From an uncultured archaeon (GTDB taxonomy: Archaea > Asgardarchaeota > Thorarchaeia > Thorarchaeales > Thorarchaeaceae), in contig CAYWJO010000002.1 of the NCBI GenBank assembly GCA_964458565.1, positions 64,001 to 128,000 of the forward strand: a DNA stretch of 64,000 bases, read 5' to 3'. The notes under the pieces were generated by a model. The model was not told the DNA's origin. It searched no databases and saw nothing but the letters and a program-made list of their open reading frames with translations. The translations under genes and the position numbers were made by a program. Positions 59,845-64,000 of this stretch are shown in pieces; position 1 is the first letter of the stretch; each line of letters opens with the position of its first letter.

Positions 59845-60678
59845 TTATTTTTCATCAAGATCCATGTCCCATGCTCCTGGATCTTCCAAGTCTCTACTTA
59901 GTATCGGTCCTTTTCGGAGGGAAAGTGAATCAATATCCACTCTGTCAGTATCGACAACCAATTCTTCAGTATCCTCATCCAAGTATGCAGGAATAAGACC
60001 CTCCGAAATTCCACGTCGAACAAAGCTCTTAACCCGTGATTTCTCTATACCTGTACTTTTAGAAAGACTAGCAATTGTGGCTGCAGCTTCTGACTCTAAA
60101 GTAGTTCTCACAAATCCTGCGAAAAGAAGAATAAAGTAGTGTCTAACTCTTCTGATACGGTTTTTATCTTCCGCACCTACAAATATGTCCTCAATTCCCT
60201 CGTATGCTTCACCAAATTGAAATTCAGAAAGCAGTGATGCAACAATTGCCAACTCCTTGGATTCACCATGCGTTGTTTTGAGTGCTGCATCGATAAGCTG
60301 TCTTCCTAAATCCAGGTCACCTCCAAGTATCGAACAAAATGCGCCGTCAACAAATCTTACAGGATTCTTCTCTTCTTCTGCTGCAAGAACATACGCCTCA
60401 GCAGCAATCTGACAGTTAAGCTCGAATTTTTCGAATTCACCTTGTTTTATCCATGCATATCCTGCTTCAATGAGAAAGTTGGCACCTCTAGAGTACTGAT
60501 ATACTAGCATAGCATGCTCATACGCTCTATCATAATCATTGGCTGCTTTCTTGTATGATTCCCATCTCTTCCAGCAATCTGCAGCTGTGCCGAAAAGATT
60601 CATTGCATCCCAGTTCTTTCCTTCTTTTGCACACTCCTCCGCCCTTTCTTCTAATGTTATACAATCAGAGGATGTCAA
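59845..60678 (-). CDS. SNAP/TPR-like helical repeats fused to a C-terminal PCI-like winged helix
   Basis: A...F..AA.CWK....Y.KAA..Y.RA; IASLSKSTGI....VKSFVRRGISEGLIPAYLDEDTEELVV. Confidence 0.6.
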   Translation of the reverse strand: MTSSDCITLEERAEECAKEGKNWDAMNLFGTAADCWKRWESYKKAANDYDRAYEHAMLVYQYSRGANFLIEAGYAWIKQGEFEKFELNCQIAAEAYVLAAEEEKNPVRFVDGAFCSILGGDLDLGRQLIDAALKTTHGESKELAIVASLLSEFQFGEAYEGIEDIFVGAEDKNRIRRVRHYFILLFAGFVRTTLESEAAATIASLSKSTGIEKSRVKSFVRRGISEGLIPAYLDEDTEELVVDTDRVDIDSLSLRKGPILSRDLEDPGAWDMDLDEK

Positions 60679-60875
60679 TTGGAAAGCACTCCTAAGAATG
60701 TATTATTGACTCTATTGATTCTTCTTAAACATGGTTGTATGGTGTAGCAGATGAGTCTATCAGTTGATATGAGAGTTCAATAATTTCCTCCAAGTAAAGC
60801 ATCTTGAGCTGCATTTCTTTGAAGAAATTGCATTGATTCTACTTCATATAATAATGCAATGAAAAAGAGAGAATG

Positions 60876-60898
60876 GGTGAGCGAAATCTACGCTCACC
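60876..60898 (-). terminator. Hairpin overlapping the ABC ATPase stop
   Basis: GGTGAGCG-AAATCTA-CGCTCACC, with a T-rich run downstream on the minus strand. Confidence 0.45.
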
Positions 60899-61580
60899 TG
60901 TCAGATGTGATTCTACCATCCTTCATTCTAAGAACTCGCTTTGCAAATTTGGTGAGTTCTTCATTGTGAGTGACAAGAACAACGGTCATCTTGCGGTCTC
61001 TATTTAGATTTGCTATGATTTTCAAGATGCTCTCGCCAGTCTTCGAATCTAAATTCCCTGTAGGCTCATCACAAAATAGAATCGGTGGGTCGTTTACCAA
61101 AGCACGTGCTATTGCAACGCGTTGTTGTTCACCACCAGACAGTTGTGCGGGTCTATGATCGCGACGTTCAAGCATGTCAACTTCTCGAAGAACTTCAAGA
61201 GCTCGTGCTTCCTGTTTCTCTTTGGTATAGTCCTTACTTGGCCAGAGAACAGATTCAACATTCTCATAGGATGTAAGGTCCTCAATTAGGAGGAACGACT
61301 GGAAAACGAATCCAATCTTTTGAGCGCGAACCTTAGGAAGATCTCTCTCGCTAATCAATGTGACATCCACTCCATCGAGTAGAATCCTACCTGAACTTGG
61401 TTGTTCAAGTCCGGCGCTGACATGAAGAAGGGTTGACTTGCCACAACCTGAAGGTCCGACAACTGCAACAAACTCTCCTGGCATTATCTCAAGATTGACG
61501 TCTTTCAAAGCAGCAACGGTGTTCTTACCCTTTCCGTATTCCTTGTCAACTTCTTCAAGTTTGATAATAGGATTTACCAT
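60894..61580 (-). CDS. LolD/MacB-type ABC ATPase
   Basis: [43 protein letters not shown]. Confidence 0.92.
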   Translation of the reverse strand: MVNPIIKLEEVDKEYGKGKNTVAALKDVNLEIMPGEFVAVVGPSGCGKSTLLHVSAGLEQPSSGRILLDGVDVTLISERDLPKVRAQKIGFVFQSFLLIEDLTSYENVESVLWPSKDYTKEKQEARALEVLREVDMLERRDHRPAQLSGGEQQRVAIARALVNDPPILFCDEPTGNLDSKTGESILKIIANLNRDRKMTVVLVTHNEELTKFAKRVLRMKDGRITSDR

Positions 61581-61583
61581 TTT

Positions 61584-62108
61584 CTACTCCTCCCTTAGTG
61601 CACGCATCGGGGGTATCTTCATTGCTCTGTACTGAGCTGCAGCTAATCCTGGTAATTGCAGAAATACAATGATAAGTACCGCTGGGATCAAGAATGGTAG
61701 GTCTATAACGATTATTCCTGTAAGTTCTGAAAGAAGTGGACCTACGCCTGCTACATATGTAATCAGTCCTAGAATGTAGACACTCACATTGAATACCAAT
61801 AGAAATGCTACAAATGAAACCAATACAACTTCCCCAATCAGGAGAAGAAGTATGTCATTATTCTGCCATGAAATACACTTCAGGATAGCAATATCACGAC
61901 GTCTGAATTGTGCTATCAATACTGCATAGACTGTTGCGATGACAAATGAGACAAATACCCAAAGAATGGGGTCTGCTCCTGCACTGGTACCTTCCAATCC
62001 TCTTCCTAGCTGTATATACAGAACCGCATAAATAATCATAAAGAATAGTACTCGTTTTCTGGCGCGGAATGCGACTTTCAGGCTCTTAAACAAAATTCTC
62101 CAGTTCAA
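61584..62108 (-). CDS. Minimal FtsX/MacB-like permease (4 TM, no extracellular domain)
   Basis: RRRDIAILKCI.W, A.K.PPMRALREE C-terminus; 174 aa. Confidence 0.75.
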   Translation of the reverse strand: MNWRILFKSLKVAFRARKRVLFFMIIYAVLYIQLGRGLEGTSAGADPILWVFVSFVIATVYAVLIAQFRRRDIAILKCISWQNNDILLLLIGEVVLVSFVAFLLVFNVSVYILGLITYVAGVGPLLSELTGIIVIDLPFLIPAVLIIVFLQLPGLAAAQYRAMKIPPMRALREE

Positions 62109-62184
62109 TTAAGTTTCCTCCTTTTACGGCATGGCTTAGTTTTTGAAATGAATGAATCCTTAAAGTGTGTTACGGGGGGTGAAT

Positions 62185-62379
62185 TTAAGATTTGTTTGGC
62201 TTACCTTGCGACTGGCGTTCATATATTGCTGGATTTCCATCAACCCATAACTCTCTTCGAAGAAGGTCTCTTATTGCTACTCGTATCGCTTCACTTCTTG
62301 ATGGATACATACCGATTTCTACAAGTTTATCCAATCCATCAGCGTAGATCTCGCTCATCTTTACGGTTATCAGTCGCAT
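62185..62379 (-). CDS. Ribbon-helix-helix regulator (CdrS/CopG-like)
   Basis: MRLITVKM...Y..GLD.LV..G.YPSRSEAIRVAIRDLL..ELW; the ORF track extends to 62457. Confidence 0.85.
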   Translation of the reverse strand: MRLITVKMSEIYADGLDKLVEIGMYPSRSEAIRVAIRDLLRRELWVDGNPAIYERQSQGKPNKS

Positions 62380-62607
62380 CGTGTGGTCATCCCGTTCTCG
62401 TACCACCCCGGTATTACCGGTTATAATCTCTTCGAGGTTGAATTTGGAGGGCGCCATTTATGGACGAACTACTGTCTGCTAGAGGGTATATAGTCCGAAA
62501 AAGGCTAAATACAGACTAGCTTTCATTGACTTTGTGCATGGATGATAGAAAACACACCAAACCTAGACTGTCCTTTATGCTGATCGATTTAACCGAGTGG
62601 GTCTAAA

Positions 62608-63144
62608 GTGTCGAGCGAGAATTTCACCTACATGCGAAAAGTGGTTATGATTGGAGCAGGTGGTAGTGGAAAGACTGCACTTGTCAATCGATTTCTCACA
62701 AAAAAATTCTCGGAGCAATATATCGTCACAATAGGCTCACAATTTGCAGTCAAGACCGTTGAAACAATAAATGAACATAATGAACATATTGTTGTAAAAT
62801 TGCTGGTGTGGGATTTAGCAGGTCAAGAGCGTTTTGACTTTATCCGTACAAGTTACTATCAAGGATCGAAAGGCGCATTACTTGTCTATGATACAACTCG
62901 AAAAAACACTTTTGCTGATCTACCAAAGTGGTTAGATGAAACTGACAAGGCTCTCGGAAAAAGAATTCCTATTATTATTCTAGCTAATAAAGTTGATCTG
63001 GCTGATGAGCGAGTCATAGATACCGAGATGGGAATGCGTTTTGTAGAAGAAAACAATCTTTTTGGTTATCTTGAAACCAGTGCTCTTAGTGGGCAGAATG
63101 TTGAGAATGCTTTCTATATGCTCGCAAAAGCAAGTCTTGCGTAA
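62608..63144 (+). CDS. Rab-like small GTPase
   Basis: KVVMIGAGGSGKT, TIGS.F, WDLAGQERF..IRTSYYQG, ANKVDL, ETSAL. Confidence 0.92.
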   Translation: MSSENFTYMRKVVMIGAGGSGKTALVNRFLTKKFSEQYIVTIGSQFAVKTVETINEHNEHIVVKLLVWDLAGQERFDFIRTSYYQGSKGALLVYDTTRKNTFADLPKWLDETDKALGKRIPIIILANKVDLADERVIDTEMGMRFVEENNLFGYLETSALSGQNVENAFYMLAKASLA

Positions 63145-63216
63145 AGCCTTTACCGCTATACATAATTATGTTTACAATTGCTCAAACACAGTTCAAATTA
63201 TTCGATGTGTTATATC

Positions 63217-64000
63217 ATGAGTAAGTTCAAACTGGATTTGGGTCTCCTGGAAAAACTATGCAATGCCTTCGGTCCAAGTGGACATGAGCATGACGCACAA
63301 AAAGTTGCAAGAGACCATGGTAAGAAGTACGCTGATGAAGTTCTATATGACCGCATGGGTTCAGTTATTTTTAGAAAGGGCGAAAAGGGTCCTAAGATAA
63401 TGATTGCTGGTCATGTTGACGAAATCGGATTCGTTATCACCAATATTGAGAAGACTGGCTTCTTACGTTTTCATCAGTTGGGCGGTTGGTGGGACCAGAC
63501 CTTGCTCACACAAGAAGTTCTCATAAAACCTTCTGCAGGAGCGGAGAATGTGATTGGTGTTATTGGGGCGCCTCCTCCACATGTCTTATCTCCTGATCAG
63601 AGGTCAAAAGTTGTTAGTAAAGATCAGATGTTCATAGACATTGGTGCAGGTTCTAAAAAAGAAGTCGAGGAGCTAGGTATCCGAATCGGAGACCCCGCAG
63701 TACCATATGCTCATTTTCGAACAATGAAACGAACGAGAAAGGAAAAGAAAAATGAGGACGACAAGGACGCCAAAGAAATCACTCGTGAAGTCACACTTGC
63801 TGCTGCAAAGGCTTTTGATGATAGGATTGGAGTATTCATTGCTTTGGAAGTCCTACGTCGCCTCTCTGAGGAGAACATTGAACATCCGAATACTGTCTAT
63901 GCTGTCAGTACAGTGCAGGAGGAGATTGGTCTTCGTGGTGCCCGTACTGCTGCTCAGATGCTTCTACCTGACATTGGATTCTCACTGGATGTTGACATCT
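63217..64000 (+). CDS. M42-family (TET) aminopeptidase, runs off the window edge
   Basis: My translation: MSKFKLDLGLLEKLCNAFGPSGHE, AGHVDEIGF, LGGWW, FIDIGA, AKAFDDRIG, STVQEEIGLRGA. Confidence 0.9.
   Translation, partial: MSKFKLDLGLLEKLCNAFGPSGHEHDAQKVARDHGKKYADEVLYDRMGSVIFRKGEKGPKIMIAGHVDEIGFVITNIEKTGFLRFHQLGGWWDQTLLTQEVLIKPSAGAENVIGVIGAPPPHVLSPDQRSKVVSKDQMFIDIGAGSKKEVEELGIRIGDPAVPYAHFRTMKRTRKEKKNEDDKDAKEITREVTLAAAKAFDDRIGVFIALEVLRRLSEENIEHPNTVYAVSTVQEEIGLRGARTAAQMLLPDIGFSLDVDI

Noticed and set aside
62485-62520. GTATATAGTCC and CAGACTA resembling group I intron S and R elements
   Set aside because: Wrong order, no P4/P6 core, and no interrupted host gene.
1-64000. CRISPR arrays, transposases, integrases, rRNA, selenoprotein UGA readthrough
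   Set aside because: By eye I found no regularly spaced repeats, no recombinase or transposase motifs, no rRNA-like tract, and no in-frame TGA at a Cys-equivalent position.

Overview
This is a gene-dense archaeal chromosomal window, most likely from an Asgard archaeon of Thorarchaeia type. That assignment is inferred from aIF5A, eL13, eS26, class I LysRS, class I CCA enzyme and DGGGP synthase occurring together with eukaryote-like Bet3/TRAPP-V4R, roadblock/longin-like, SNAP/TPR-like, PCI-like and Rab-like GTPase genes. It holds about 65 CDSs and two tRNAs: His-GTG, and Leu-CAG with a 32-nt intron at the non-canonical T-arm position 53/54. Also present are a NikR-CbiMNQO nickel/cobalt uptake locus, a stretch of secreted hydrolases and accessory genes (about 8.5-24.4 kb) and two MacB/LolD-type ABC modules. 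I saw no CRISPR array, rRNA, transposase or integrase. The best candidate system is a duplicated cassette at 42.3-47.2 kb: two copies of [roadblock/longin-like + tandem winged-helix protein, then Bet3/TRAPP-like V4R protein] flank a convergent pair of apparently paralogous membrane proteins, and a third V4R gene follows. Other highlights are a structured intergenic RNA that hides the Shine-Dalgarno of a 31-aa hydrophobic ORF (23.7-23.9 kb), an in-frame amber codon between a signal peptide and a subtilase, and a SNAP-like/PCI fusion protein. All family calls come from motif recognition by eye; no database searches were run.
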